Positions 10,389 through 20,198 of a stretch of DNA of 64,000 nucleotides are shown one piece after another (position 1 is the first letter of the stretch; each line of letters starts with the position of its first letter). The stretch spans positions 32,001-96,000 of IMG/VR virus record IMGVR_UViG_3300043570_004127. One strand, written 5' to 3'. Source of the DNA: a virus. The notes beneath the pieces are model-generated. The model worked only from the letters and a program-made list of their open reading frames with translations, was not told where the DNA came from and searched no databases. Made by a program: the position numbers and the translations under genes.

Positions 10389-10470
10389 TTCATGTTCCTT
10401 TGCTAGATGAATAGGACTGGGCTGAATTCGATAAGCGCCCGGGTTACTTAGTAAATAACCTCATTCATAA

Positions 10471-10500
10471 ATTATACCCCCAGTGGACATCAGATTGCAA
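10471..10500 (-). promoter_or_regulatory. sigma70-type promoter of the transglycosylase gene
   Basis: minus strand TTGCAA-18 nt-TATAAT. Confidence 0.65.
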
Positions 10501-10592
10501 TATTTCGTCAAATGATTGTATAAAACAGGCGGATATGGGCCTTTATGCACAAGGGTTTTAAAAAAACTTAATATTTCTTACCCATAAACGCC

Positions 10593-10639
10593 AAAAATCC
10601 CCTCCGAGAGACGTTCCGTGGAACACTCAGAGGGGATTT
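10593..10639 (-). terminator. intrinsic terminator after ssb
   Basis: AAATCCCCTC/GAGGGGATTT inverted repeat followed by a T-run on the minus strand. Confidence 0.7.
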
Positions 10640-10658
10640 GGTATCTCTGTTTAGAGAA

Positions 10659-11099
10659 TCAGAAAGGGTCTTCTTCTGGAGCTACAGATTTGCGAGGTGC
10701 TGGTTTTGCTGCCGAAGCACCAACGAGTTCACCTTCACCTGCACCCTTGCCTTGACGACGCTCGAATGATTCGATTGACATGAGACCGAGACCAATGCTG
10801 TCAGCAATGATTACAATCTTGGCTCGCTTGTCACCCGTGGTCTTGTCGTTCCATGTCTGCTGTTCCAAACGACCCGTGATGGTTACACGAACACCCTTGG
10901 TCAAAACACGAGCAACATCCTCGGCGAGGAAACGCCATGCGTTTACGTCGTAGAACGAAACTTGTTCTTTCTTTTCTCCGTTGTCCGTCCATGTGCGATT
11001 GTCTGCGATGCTAAATGAAGCCTTCGCAGTTCCGCTGTCAAAGAACGTAATTTCTGGGTCTGATGTCAGATTCCCTGTAACCGTTACTGTATTGGACAT
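10659..11099 (-). CDS. ssb: single-stranded DNA-binding protein
   Basis: GNLTSDPE OB fold, KGxRVxxxGRL, acidic EEDPF tail; AGGAG RBS. Confidence 0.95.
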   Translation of the reverse strand: MSNTVTVTGNLTSDPEITFFDSGTAKASFSIADNRTWTDNGEKKEQVSFYDVNAWRFLAEDVARVLTKGVRVTITGRLEQQTWNDKTTGDKRAKIVIIADSIGLGLMSIESFERRQGKGAGEGELVGASAAKPAPRKSVAPEEDPF

Positions 11100-11173
11100 G
11101 TACTCTCCTATTCGCTATTTGGTGGCCGTGGCCTTGATGGATGAAAGCATAGCGCCCGTGTTAGGATAATGCA

Positions 11174-11413
11174 ATGCCTCAGAAAGAAAAATTCCCAGAG
11201 CAAAGAATGTTTATTTTAAAGCACCTTCAAAAGGAGCTATTCAATTTAGTAGACACTGGTGACTTGTCAGACTCGGAAGAGCAGACGATACTCATCGAGA
11301 TGCGCGAGATAGCCCAAACCATCCTTATTGCGCTAGGCCTTGAGATTACTGGAGATTCGGAAGACGGCAGTATCCAGGCGAACATCTTTCTCACTGAGGT
11401 TGGAGACCAATGA
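11174..11413 (+). CDS. hypothetical protein
   Basis: 79-aa ORF, TAGGAT-N6-ATG start, coupled to the next gene. Confidence 0.6.
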   Translation: MPQKEKFPEQRMFILKHLQKELFNLVDTGDLSDSEEQTILIEMREIAQTILIALGLEITGDSEDGSIQANIFLTEVGDQ

Positions 11414-12186
11414 TTCACCCGTCGATTGAAAACCTTGCAGTTCCAATCAAGACGCTGGTACCGCTAGAGAACAATCCACGCAAGGGTGACCTTGGGGCAA
11501 TCATTGCTTCGTATAGACAGTTCGGTCAGGTAAAGCCCATAGTTGTTAAAACGAATGGCGATGGAACATCTACGGTCATAGCCGGTAATCACCAACTTCA
11601 GGCTGCAAAGCAACTTGGTTGGACTGAGATAGCAGTAGTCGAATTAGATGCAGACAACACAGAAGCAATTGCTTTTGCGCTCGCAGACAATAGAACAGCA
11701 GAACTTGGCTTCACTGATAACTCCTTGGTCCTAGACATGATTTCAGAGATTGGTGAGTACGGCGAGTACAGCCAACTGCTCGCAGACTTGCAGTGGGATG
11801 AGTTCGAGATAGCCGCAATCACTGAGTGGTCAGAGAAGAACGACCCAGACGATGAAGACGAGCGTGGCTATGTTGCACCCGTGATGATTGAGCAACCAAA
11901 GCTCGATAGCAGTATTGTCACAACAACCAAAGGTGAAGATGGCGAAACAGTCTTAACTGCTGGCGATGGAATAGATACGCAGGATGCAGTAGCCCGTGGC
12001 AGTGGTGCAATAAGTTCAGGTGGCGGTGGTTCTGCAGTGGTTCAATACACACTCGTATTTGATGACGCGAATCAGCAAAAAGATTGGTATCAGTTCATCC
12101 GCTATTTGAAGTCTTCACCCGTATATGAAGGTGACACTACATCTGAGCGCTTGATGAATTTCGTGAAGTCGCACGCCGACTACTAG
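11410..12186 (+). CDS. ParB/sulfiredoxin N-terminal domain protein
   Basis: NPR, FGQVKPIVV, IAGNH, ALADNR. Confidence 0.85.
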   Translation: MIHPSIENLAVPIKTLVPLENNPRKGDLGAIIASYRQFGQVKPIVVKTNGDGTSTVIAGNHQLQAAKQLGWTEIAVVELDADNTEAIAFALADNRTAELGFTDNSLVLDMISEIGEYGEYSQLLADLQWDEFEIAAITEWSEKNDPDDEDERGYVAPVMIEQPKLDSSIVTTTKGEDGETVLTAGDGIDTQDAVARGSGAISSGGGGSAVVQYTLVFDDANQQKDWYQFIRYLKSSPVYEGDTTSERLMNFVKSHADY

Positions 12187-12356
12187 AACAGGTCGTCTGG
12201 TAGGTCGTGCAGGAATACAGGGCGCTTGTTGTCTACATCAAAGTCGTCAAGAAACATATCTGATTCTTCTTTGCGCTTCTTGCTAACAATAACGATGACG
12301 TATGCAGCAAGTAGCCCGTGCATGAATCCGAGAAAAAGTCCTATTGTGTAATCCAT
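12183..12356 (-). CDS. small membrane protein (57 aa, not in ORF track)
   Basis: Hand translation gives MDYTIGLFLGFMHGLLAAYVIVIVSKKRK..., one TM helix. Confidence 0.55.
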   Translation of the reverse strand: MDYTIGLFLGFMHGLLAAYVIVIVSKKRKEESDMFLDDFDVDNKRPVFLHDLPDDLF

Positions 12357-12381
12357 AATCATTTACCAGACGATATCGGGT

Positions 12382-12699
12382 TTAAAGATACTTTGCAAAC
12401 TTTGTCGACAGAGAATTCTTGCTCTGTGCGCCAACGACAAGAACCTCGGGTGAGCCGTTGTTAAACCCAATCATCGTTGGGATGCTAAATATGTTTAGTT
12501 CTTGGGCAATGCCTGGATAGTCGTCGATGTTGAGTTTTGCCACAGTCACCTTGTCTGCATGTTCTGCGCTAAACGCCTCAAGCTCAGGAGCCATTGATTT
12601 ACACGGTCCACACCAGGGAGCCCAAAAGTCAACGATGACTGGTTTGCTCCCCGATGTAACGAATGTCTCGAATGTCGTATCTGTAAGTTCCTGAATCAT
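12382..12699 (-). CDS. trxA: thioredoxin
   Basis: DFWAPWCGPCK, SIPT; AGGAG RBS before ATG at 12699. Confidence 0.95.
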   Translation of the reverse strand: MIQELTDTTFETFVTSGSKPVIVDFWAPWCGPCKSMAPELEAFSAEHADKVTVAKLNIDDYPGIAQELNIFSIPTMIGFNNGSPEVLVVGAQSKNSLSTKFAKYL

Positions 12700-12707
12700 C
12701 TTTACTC

Positions 12708-14633
12708 CTATCGAACTGGGCAAGCACCCGTAGAGCAATTGTCGAGGTCAAGCATGTCTCCTGCAACAGTTTGCATTGGAGTGCTGAAGTCTATTTTGCT
12801 GTATAGACGATTGTACTCTGCCTCAGTGATTTCCTCATATGGGGGGAGTGGGAAGTTGTGGTCTGCATGGAGAAGGAACGACACTGACTTAACGCCCTTG
12901 TCGTAGTTCTTGGACAGCCATTCCTTGATGAGTTCAAGTTCTTCCTTGCGGTAATAGACGGTCACAGAGACGGCATTGTCAGCCCACTCTGTCTGCATCT
13001 TCTTGACCCACTCAAGCTGCTCCACTGCAGTCATGTTGGCAGCAAGGATTGCACCCGTAGGCGATTTGCAAGGGAACTCGACAACATAGCGAGTGTGGTC
13101 CTCGCGACCATCAATACCGATGTCCCAAACAACCTTGTAGCCACGCTTGCGGCATGCCTCAACTAGTGGGTCAGATGAGCCAAAGCGAACACGACGAATG
13201 TAATGCTGAGCAAATGCAGGGTGAATACCTGGGGTTACACCTGGAAGCAGTGAAAGAGTTCCTGATGGTTGAACGGTTGTCAAACGAACAGACTCAGGGA
13301 AACCGTGTTCTGCTGAGTAGTCCTTATCAAATCCGCGCAAGTATTCGTAGGTGACTGGCAACCACTTGAGTTGCTCTTCTGTGCACTGAAGAACACCCGT
13401 GATGCTTTGACCGAGTCGTGCGTTCTTCTTAACGATTTCTGTGGTCTTTTCGTACGAGTAGTCCATGCGTGTGATTTGCTTCTGTGTCATATAAAGCAGA
13501 CGCGAAATTGACATCATCTGCTTGAGCGACTCTACGTTTGGTAGGAACAGGGTTGCAAGGTTGCAAGACTCGCCATTGGCTAGTGCTATTTCTGCACATG
13601 GATTGAATCCTTCAATGGTGTTGTCCGGACGCTTATCGCCTAGGCGACCATAAGCACGAGACAGTTTGCGATTGACTAGACCATACGGCTCGCCTGTGCC
13701 GTCATAACCTCGCCATAGTTCTGGCATGATTTCATCGTAGGCATCTGCATAGATACTGTTGTTTGAGTTAGCACGCCATGCTGGAACACTACCCGTGGAC
13801 CAATTCTTGGCACGAATGAAAAGAACATCATCTGGGTCGCCAATAGCAATCTGTGCCGAACGACGCGACGAACCAGAAACAACGATGCGACCAATGATGT
13901 TGCAAATGTCAAGCACGTCAATTGAGCGGAGCTTCTTACCTTCACGATTCTGCATCACCTTTGAGATGTCTGCAATGCCATCGATGAGTGCGCCAGGTCC
14001 TGATGCTGTACCACCGAATGTCTTGAGTGGTGCACCATATTCGCGAATCAGAATTGTTGAATACGAAAAAGACTTACCCGTGTCGAAGTACGACTTTAAG
14101 ACTGCATGAAGAAGACGCTTCCAACCTTGACGTGAGTCAGGAACAATGATGTCTGCGTCATTGCTGCGTTCGTGCGTAATCGTTACACCTAACTTTACTT
14201 TAGGTAGGTCGTGAATCTTGGAGCGCTCTACAGAGAAACCAACGCCTCCACCGAGCATCAGGTATTCAAACAACAACTCGAAGTCTTCAATTTTTTCGAT
14301 GTTCGTGAAGTAGCAGTTATTGATTGATGAGCCGCTGAACTTGTTGACGAGCGGAGTTCCCAACTGCCAGAGTGCTCGACCAGAGAAAGAGCAGCGAAGG
14401 TTGAACATGTGGTCGAAGAGTTCTTCTGCATCCTCTTTTGTGTATGGAACGCCGATTGCTACTGCTCCATCAATCGCCCGTACGATGGTTTCAGGCCAGG
14501 TCTCGTTACGACCTAGTTCTGCGATGGAACGGCTGTAGGTACGAAGATAGACAACCTCTCCTAGGCCTCCAAAACCCCAAGGGGATACTTTTCCTGAGTA
14601 GCTTGCAATGAATTCGGGGGATAGCAATGACAT
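12708..14633 (-). CDS. nrdJ: class II (adenosylcobalamin) ribonucleotide reductase
   Basis: RTYSR, NNC, GGGVG, NPCAE, TVQPSGT, C-terminal CxxGACP; no adjacent small subunit. Confidence 0.9.
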   Translation of the reverse strand: MSLLSPEFIASYSGKVSPWGFGGLGEVVYLRTYSRSIAELGRNETWPETIVRAIDGAVAIGVPYTKEDAEELFDHMFNLRCSFSGRALWQLGTPLVNKFSGSSINNCYFTNIEKIEDFELLFEYLMLGGGVGFSVERSKIHDLPKVKLGVTITHERSNDADIIVPDSRQGWKRLLHAVLKSYFDTGKSFSYSTILIREYGAPLKTFGGTASGPGALIDGIADISKVMQNREGKKLRSIDVLDICNIIGRIVVSGSSRRSAQIAIGDPDDVLFIRAKNWSTGSVPAWRANSNNSIYADAYDEIMPELWRGYDGTGEPYGLVNRKLSRAYGRLGDKRPDNTIEGFNPCAEIALANGESCNLATLFLPNVESLKQMMSISRLLYMTQKQITRMDYSYEKTTEIVKKNARLGQSITGVLQCTEEQLKWLPVTYEYLRGFDKDYSAEHGFPESVRLTTVQPSGTLSLLPGVTPGIHPAFAQHYIRRVRFGSSDPLVEACRKRGYKVVWDIGIDGREDHTRYVVEFPCKSPTGAILAANMTAVEQLEWVKKMQTEWADNAVSVTVYYRKEELELIKEWLSKNYDKGVKSVSFLLHADHNFPLPPYEEITEAEYNRLYSKIDFSTPMQTVAGDMLDLDNCSTGACPVR

Positions 14634-14698
14634 AATTATTCTTTCTTTGGTAGGAATGTGTAGGTGACTATATTAGCGTGGCTAAAAAAACGGTGTGT

Positions 14699-15007
14699 CT
14701 AGTTGATGCCAAGCTCAATTGCTTTCTCAACAGTTATATAAGTTCCCTTCTTGGCAAGTAGTACTTTGGACTTTGTGAACGGTGTTATTTGTCGCTCACC
14801 ATACACGGTTTCCTCGACCAGAACAAGTTGGTTTTCTTTCATTGTTTCGATTACTGAGGTACCGAACAAAATGACCGGGATATCCTTGTTTTCGTTGTCT
14901 TTACAGTCACCCGTGGCATGTCCACAGATTATGCAAGGTTCCCTATCTGCCTTGGATATTCGAATATCGCCATATATGTAATCTTGAGACCTAAAGATGT
15001 CTGACAT
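14699..15007 (-). CDS. hypothetical protein
   Basis: CIICGHxxxDC; TAGAAT-N6-ATG start. Confidence 0.65.
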   Translation of the reverse strand: MSDIFRSQDYIYGDIRISKADREPCIICGHATGDCKDNENKDIPVILFGTSVIETMKENQLVLVEETVYGERQITPFTKSKVLLAKKGTYITVEKAIELGIN

Positions 15008-15049
15008 ATTGATATTCTACACCAGTTGTGATTATTACTTTACGGCTGT

Positions 15050-15400
15050 ATGGTGATACCTATGCCTACAGCAAGAACATCACCTGATTATTATCACATA
15101 GAGAAGCCAGGGGATTACCCTGAATTCAAACACTTGTCATTCATAAGACGAGGTGCCAATACAACTAAGTCAACGTTGTACTACATGAAGATGAAGAAGT
15201 CACCCGTAACGTCCAAGCAGCTTATGACGATGTTTCCTAAGTTCTATCGCAGACCATCAGATGCTGCGGATATTTGCGCAACCCTGGAAAAGCATGGGTT
15301 CGTTACAAAGGTCTATGACAACTGTTGGCAGATAACTCCATCTGGAGTTAGGGCTTGCTACACGCTGGGTAAGCGTGACTCAATCAACGTAATTAATTGA
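15050..15400 (+). CDS. hypothetical winged-helix-like protein
   Basis: LEKHGFV...WQITPSG. Confidence 0.55.
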   Translation: MVIPMPTARTSPDYYHIEKPGDYPEFKHLSFIRRGANTTKSTLYYMKMKKSPVTSKQLMTMFPKFYRRPSDAADICATLEKHGFVTKVYDNCWQITPSGVRACYTLGKRDSINVIN

Positions 15401-15637
15401 TTAGCGTCTGAACCAGTTGAGCACTTTGTCGCGAAGCTTTAGATTCTGAATCTCAGAAACGTAGATAACTGCGCTTGAGTTGTTAGCTTCGGGCTTGATG
15501 ATGTTCGTCTCTGTCGTTGACTTAATTGAGAGAGCCTTCTTTGGTGCAGCAGCTTTCTTTGCAGGTGCCTTCTTGGCAACGGCTTTCTTTGCTGTTTTCT
15601 TGGCTGCTGTTTTCTTGGTTGGTTTCTTTGTTGTCAT
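15401..15637 (-). CDS. histone H1-like Lys/Ala-rich protein
   Basis: repeated KKTA/KKAP units. Confidence 0.65.
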   Translation of the reverse strand: MTTKKPTKKTAAKKTAKKAVAKKAPAKKAAAPKKALSIKSTTETNIIKPEANNSSAVIYVSEIQNLKLRDKVLNWFRR

Positions 15638-15690
15638 GTAGATGACGTTAGTTCACCCGTGGCTCTTCTTGGCGGAACTATGGGGTAGCG

Positions 15691-16326
15691 TTGTGTGTGG
15701 AGTTATCATATTTCGAAGAAAGACTTGACAAGATAAGTCTTGGTCTGATGTCAAGCGTCGAAGCCAAAGAGCAGTCTGTCAAAGAGTTTGGCATTGGGGA
15801 GGACATCTCAATGAACCTGTTCTGCTGGAATGGACCTGTCCTTAAGCTTATGCTCCAGACAAAGCCGGACCTTCAGTTATCTAACCACGTAGAAAGGTTC
15901 GATGCTTTCACGAACGTAGCCTGCATTATACGCAGGGGATGGGGAATCACAGCATTTACGATGGTCTCAGAGGGATGGGTAAGTACTGACCCTATGGCCA
16001 CCAAGGGTAGACGACTAGTAGATGCATACCTAGATAAAGACTCTCCTGTAAAGGAGTGCATTACTGTATGTCACGTAGAGGACGGCACTGTCACGTTTGT
16101 TACTAGACCATACACATACGGTGTACCAAGAACTGTTGTGTGGGAGGATGAGATATACCATCCTGGCAAGACACTCTTACGTGGACAGGAAGGCATGTAC
16201 CCCAACATGTTTAATAGGGTGCTCACAACTATCGATGCAGAGCCGATACCTCAGGACACAGAAGAGTTCTACGATGTGCTGAGTCACGGGATACTGCAGG
16301 CTGGCTTCTACTGTCAGGTGTTTTAA
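15691..16326 (+). CDS. hypothetical protein
   Basis: 211-aa ORF filling the gap. Confidence 0.65.
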   Translation: MCVELSYFEERLDKISLGLMSSVEAKEQSVKEFGIGEDISMNLFCWNGPVLKLMLQTKPDLQLSNHVERFDAFTNVACIIRRGWGITAFTMVSEGWVSTDPMATKGRRLVDAYLDKDSPVKECITVCHVEDGTVTFVTRPYTYGVPRTVVWEDEIYHPGKTLLRGQEGMYPNMFNRVLTTIDAEPIPQDTEEFYDVLSHGILQAGFYCQVF

Positions 16327-16338
16327 TGGCACCCGTAG

Positions 16339-16566
16339 CTAGTTGGTGTAACCACGTGTCTGCCAACGAAGGCCAAGAGAACGACGGTACTCATTAGCCT
16401 CTAGCTTGAGTGTGCGCTCAGGCTCAGGCAGCAGCATGTAGGACTCTATGCGTTGCCTGTTCTTGCGCTCACGCTCATACTCTCTACGATGCTTGCGCTT
16501 GGCAGCAGTGTTCTCACGATTCTCGCGCTGCCACTCTCTCTGCTTCACTGGGTCCTTGTATGGCAT
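16339..16566 (-). CDS. basic hypothetical protein
   Basis: MPYKDP N-terminus common in phage proteins; TAGGAT-N6-ATG start. Confidence 0.65.
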   Translation of the reverse strand: MPYKDPVKQREWQRENRENTAAKRKHRREYERERKNRQRIESYMLLPEPERTLKLEANEYRRSLGLRWQTRGYTN

Positions 16567-16610
16567 ACGTCAATCCTATCTACCCGTGGCACCCGTGGCA
16601 ACGTGGGCAA

Positions 16611-17081
16611 TCAGTAAATAGTTTTTCTTTTGTATGAGTAAAAGAACTTAGGGTCAATACGTTTGTCATCCTTAGAGAACCAATGCTTCTCAATGATTGC
16701 ATCCACATGTATAGGGCCATAGTGTTCATACGACTGAAGGAACTGAGGGAGCATCCCTGATATCGATTGAGACTTATCATGCATGTTCATCGATATGTCT
16801 CGGTCATTAAGCATGGATGCCTTGACACCTACGACAAGTATTGATTCGAAATCTTCGGTAACAAGTAAGTCGTTCGGTACTTTTGCTACATGTGGGTCAT
16901 CGACATAGCGAGTGCCAAGTATGCGAGAGCAACCAAACATATTGATGAAACCAGCAGCATGAGCAGGGATAGTACACAGTGAGACATGACCACTTACACC
17001 TGGAAGTAAGCCTGATTCCTCAATGGAATCTTCTACATCTGGATAAGTAGCATGATAGAGAACTTCAGTGATGGTAATCAT
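16611..17081 (-). CDS. putative KptA/ADP-ribosyltransferase-fold protein
   Basis: LYHAT...SIEESGLLP...VSL resembles the YHGT..SI...GL motif. Confidence 0.5.
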   Translation of the reverse strand: MITITEVLYHATYPDVEDSIEESGLLPGVSGHVSLCTIPAHAAGFINMFGCSRILGTRYVDDPHVAKVPNDLLVTEDFESILVVGVKASMLNDRDISMNMHDKSQSISGMLPQFLQSYEHYGPIHVDAIIEKHWFSKDDKRIDPKFFYSYKRKTIY

Positions 17082-17368
17082 GGATGTATTGAGTATAGAT
17101 AGTTGCAATCGAAACTACAACTACGTTTCAACGCAACACAACAGGGATTAAGGATGGACGCTCTTGCTTGACTCAGCGATGGCATAGGGGTTATCTTTCA
17201 GTACATATAACCGCATCCAGGAGAGAGAGTGGGTCAAATCAGAATCACTTCTATCGGGACTATCTTAAACTTTTTGGAATGGCGGTGTGTGTGTGTGGGA
17301 GCGTGCGACAAATTTTCTGGTCGGCCGTATTCAACTAGATTTATCCAAAGTGGTGGTAGAATTCGGCT

Positions 17369-17728
17369 ATGGACATTAACGACATCCAGCACATTGTGGA
17401 CCGCATTCATCCTGGTTACACCAAGCGCATTGAGTGTTCTGAGGGTTGGTATGAGCTTATTTTTGATTGTGACCGTGAGCTTGCTGCTATTGACCCTGAT
17501 TACACGATATATCAGGTCAAGCAGAAGTTTGGTTCTTTGCGTTTCTATTTTGATTCTGTGGATGAGGCTAAGAAGGCGCAGATGTCTGATGTTGTTCGTG
17601 AGTATGAGCTTAAGTCGCTTCGTATTTGTGAGTTGACTGGTAGGCCTGGGGTCATCATGAAGAAGGGCCTTTGGTATAAGACGCTCTCTCCTGAACTGGG
17701 CGATGCTTCTGGCTATTTGCTTGCTTAG
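17369..17728 (+). CDS. conserved hypothetical phage protein
   Basis: GWYELI...QVKQKFGSLRFY...CELTG; TAGAAT-N6-ATG start. Confidence 0.75.
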   Translation: MDINDIQHIVDRIHPGYTKRIECSEGWYELIFDCDRELAAIDPDYTIYQVKQKFGSLRFYFDSVDEAKKAQMSDVVREYELKSLRICELTGRPGVIMKKGLWYKTLSPELGDASGYLLA

Positions 17729-17773
17729 GTTTTGCTGCCTGTAGTTTTTGTTTTACCTGTATAGAATGTCGCT

Positions 17774-18022
17774 ATGGGTCTTTTTCGTTCGTCTTCTTCT
17801 TTTCGTGAGCAGCAGCTTCATTCGGATATTATCCGTATTCGTCGTGAGCTCATAGAGGAACGCGGCATTTCCGACATGTTGTATGGGGTTATTATTGCTG
17901 ACCCTTGTGAATGTGATGTTCCAGAGGACAACAGCACGTATGGCCCCCTGCTCTATGAAGCGTTGAGCGCCTATCATAGGAATCGTCATAGGCCTATTAC
18001 TGGTCGTATGGAAGGTAATTGA
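17774..18022 (+). CDS. hypothetical protein
   Basis: TAGAAT-N6-ATG start. Confidence 0.6.
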   Translation: MGLFRSSSSFREQQLHSDIIRIRRELIEERGISDMLYGVIIADPCECDVPEDNSTYGPLLYEALSAYHRNRHRPITGRMEGN

Positions 18023-18073
18023 TAGTTCCTAGTATTCCGGAACTTGGATTGAGTTAAAAGGGCGGCTCGTTTT

Positions 18074-18253
18074 TTAGTCTCGTGAACCTGGCGTTCGTGG
18101 GGCAACGCTCCAGGCGTATTGGACTTTTTTCTTGACTGTTTTGTAGTCTGCTAGGTCATCGTCGTGGATGAGGCTTGGTTCCATTGAGTTGATGCAGTGT
18201 ATGAGCGTTTCGTATTGATTTTCGGTTACGACGATTGTAAGTATTTTGCTCAT
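18074..18253 (-). CDS. hypothetical protein (59 aa, not in ORF track)
   Basis: Hand translation MSKILTIVVTENQYETL...; ATGA overlap with the upstream ORF. Confidence 0.5.
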   Translation of the reverse strand: MSKILTIVVTENQYETLIHCINSMEPSLIHDDDLADYKTVKKKVQYAWSVAPRTPGSRD

Positions 18254-18420
18254 AATTTACTATCTGCCTGTTTCTGGATTAATTTATCTAAATCGTCGTT
18301 TGTAAAAAAAATTTCTTTTACCTCTATCGGAACGGTGTTTTTATGCATGATGCAGCGTTCCGATTCCCCGAACATTGCCAGTACCGTTTTGATATTTATA
18401 TTGATGTTCCCGGATTTCAT
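18250..18420 (-). CDS. hypothetical protein (56 aa, not in ORF track)
   Basis: Hand translation MKSGNININIK...; co-oriented with neighbours. Confidence 0.4.
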   Translation of the reverse strand: MKSGNININIKTVLAMFGESERCIMHKNTVPIEVKEIFFTNDDLDKLIQKQADSKL

Positions 18421-18434
18421 ATAGATTTATCCGA

Positions 18435-18704
18435 TTAAATTTCTGGTTTGTCTGATGCCTTGAGGAGTAACTCACGCAATGAATACGACAGGGTGTTGTT
18501 TGTTTCGAACGAATCCCACAGGACGCGGTTGTCGTGTTGGCCTTCTCCTGCGTCTTTTTTGTTGATTGCGTTGATGGCCAGTTCTGCCATTCCTTCGTGA
18601 TAGAGGAACGAATCTACGACCAGTTCCATCAGGCCTTTGGCATCAATGTCGGTGAATGATATTCCCAGGTTTTTACGTAATAATTCGTCGTTGCTTTCAG
18701 CCAT
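18435..18704 (-). CDS. hypothetical protein
   Basis: 89-aa ORF with GGGGA RBS. Confidence 0.6.
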   Translation of the reverse strand: MAESNDELLRKNLGISFTDIDAKGLMELVVDSFLYHEGMAELAINAINKKDAGEGQHDNRVLWDSFETNNTLSYSLRELLLKASDKPEI

Positions 18705-18706
18705 TG

Positions 18707-19174
18707 CTATTCCCCTTTTGGTTCGTCGTAAATTGGATTGGTGAGTAAGTCTATGACTTCGTTTGGCATGATGAGGAACCCTCGTGCTGGATTGTCACCA
18801 GCGGCGCCCAGCGACCGTTTGGTGTTCTCATTGTATTTGTATGGGTGTTTACGTAGAAAGCGCTTTAAACGGTCTACATTGACTGCTATGAAGCCTCCAT
18901 CGAGCGTGAATACATACACCCACCATGTGGCTTTTGTCACGTTGATTCCGCTGAGTTGCCAAATTGGCTTTCCTTCTGCGTCTGTGCGCCGATATGGGTT
19001 TTGTTCTGTCTCGATGACCATCCGTCCGTTGCGGTAGCGGTCTGTCTTGACTTCGAATGATGAGTCGTTGAGGCTTTGGAGGAACCCTCGTATTAGGTCT
19101 TCTCCTTGGTGGCCGTACGCCAAATCCTGGTCGAAGTTAATCTTCTGGGGTGCAATATCAAAGTCGGAACTCAT
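18707..19174 (-). CDS. PD-(D/E)XK nuclease-like protein
   Basis: GE...FEVKTD...IE; upstream TTGACA-17-TAAATT promoter. Confidence 0.6.
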   Translation of the reverse strand: MSSDFDIAPQKINFDQDLAYGHQGEDLIRGFLQSLNDSSFEVKTDRYRNGRMVIETEQNPYRRTDAEGKPIWQLSGINVTKATWWVYVFTLDGGFIAVNVDRLKRFLRKHPYKYNENTKRSLGAAGDNPARGFLIMPNEVIDLLTNPIYDEPKGE

Positions 19175-19300
19175 ATGCGGATAAATTTATCTGATGTGCG
19201 GGCAAATGTCAACCCCCTAAAAAATAATTTAAATGTTGCTATTTTCGTAATTAGGTACTACGGTGTGAGCAACTAAGTAACTAACAGCTATCTCGAAAGG

Positions 19301-19564
19301 ATGCTTATGCCTAAGAAAGTTAATAAAGAGCAGTCCCCATACGAACTGATGAAACAGTCAGGAAAAGTCAGTCGTGGACGCCGCAAAGTCCAGTTGAACG
19401 CGCAAGAGGCTATTGAGCGCGAAGAGCGCAACCGTGAAAAGAACCGTCAACGCCAAGAAGCACGTCGCCGTGCGCACATGGTTCTTGAAATGAAGCACAA
19501 AGCAGAGTTCGACGATTTGTATCGTTCTGAACTGGACGCTGTTTCTGCAGAGCGTGGTCAATAA
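19301..19564 (+). CDS. basic coiled-coil hypothetical protein
   Basis: 87-aa ORF with AAGGA RBS. Confidence 0.65.
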   Translation: MLMPKKVNKEQSPYELMKQSGKVSRGRRKVQLNAQEAIEREERNREKNRQRQEARRRAHMVLEMKHKAEFDDLYRSELDAVSAERGQ

Positions 19565-19739
19565 TGAAGAACTTCCGAATTTGGTTCTTTTCAATTTTGC
19601 CCATCCGGTTTGTTTCCAATTTGCGTCACCGCTGCGAGAACTGGCAAACCTACCTAGGCGAAAAAGGTGGGCGCGTGCTTTTCTGTGGCGTGTGTGGAAA
19701 GATTTTGGACCAAGAATGGAATAAATAGACTGGAAATTC

Positions 19740-19885
19740 ATGAATAGATTTATTCGATGTGCAGCAGATACAAAGAGTGGAACTCAGTGCAAGTCTGGAG
19801 CAATGCCACTAACACCTTTTTGCGGAATACATCAAGACTCCGTACACCCTCACGTTAAAAAATTAGAAGAAGAAGCGCGTAAAAA

Positions 19886-19895
<10 letters not shown>
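19740..19895 (+). CDS. small C3H zinc-finger protein (51 aa, not in ORF track)
   Basis: RCAADTKSGTQC...FCGIH; stop codon lies inside the tRNA 5' end. Confidence 0.55.
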
Positions 19896-19961
<66 letters not shown>

Positions 19962-19980
19962 CAACATCAAAGGAGCAAAC

Positions 19981-20160
19981 ATGGTAGACAACGTAGAAAA
20001 ACAAATAGCGATGCTAGAAATAACAATTGCAGAATTGACCCTTTGGGTAATGAAATTAACTGGTTGGGATTATCTAGAGCCTGTTGCAGACGGTCTTCCC
20101 GATAAACTTCATGAGTATTTCTGGCGTGGAATGAAACGCGAATATGGGAATCTTGACTAG
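19981..20160 (+). CDS. hypothetical protein (59 aa, not in ORF track)
   Basis: AAGGAG RBS; MVDNVEKQIAMLE... Confidence 0.6.
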   Translation: MVDNVEKQIAMLEITIAELTLWVMKLTGWDYLEPVADGLPDKLHEYFWRGMKREYGNLD

Positions 20161-20198
20161 AAGCAGTTGTCGCCACCCGGGCCCACTATCATTAGCCA

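Noticed and set aside
12708-14633. Intein or intron in the ribonucleotide reductase
   Set aside because: The 641-aa length is normal and no splice motifs are visible.
19564-19725. 53-aa ORF MKNFRIWFF...
   Set aside because: It is coupled to the upstream stop and may be real, but has no motif or other support.
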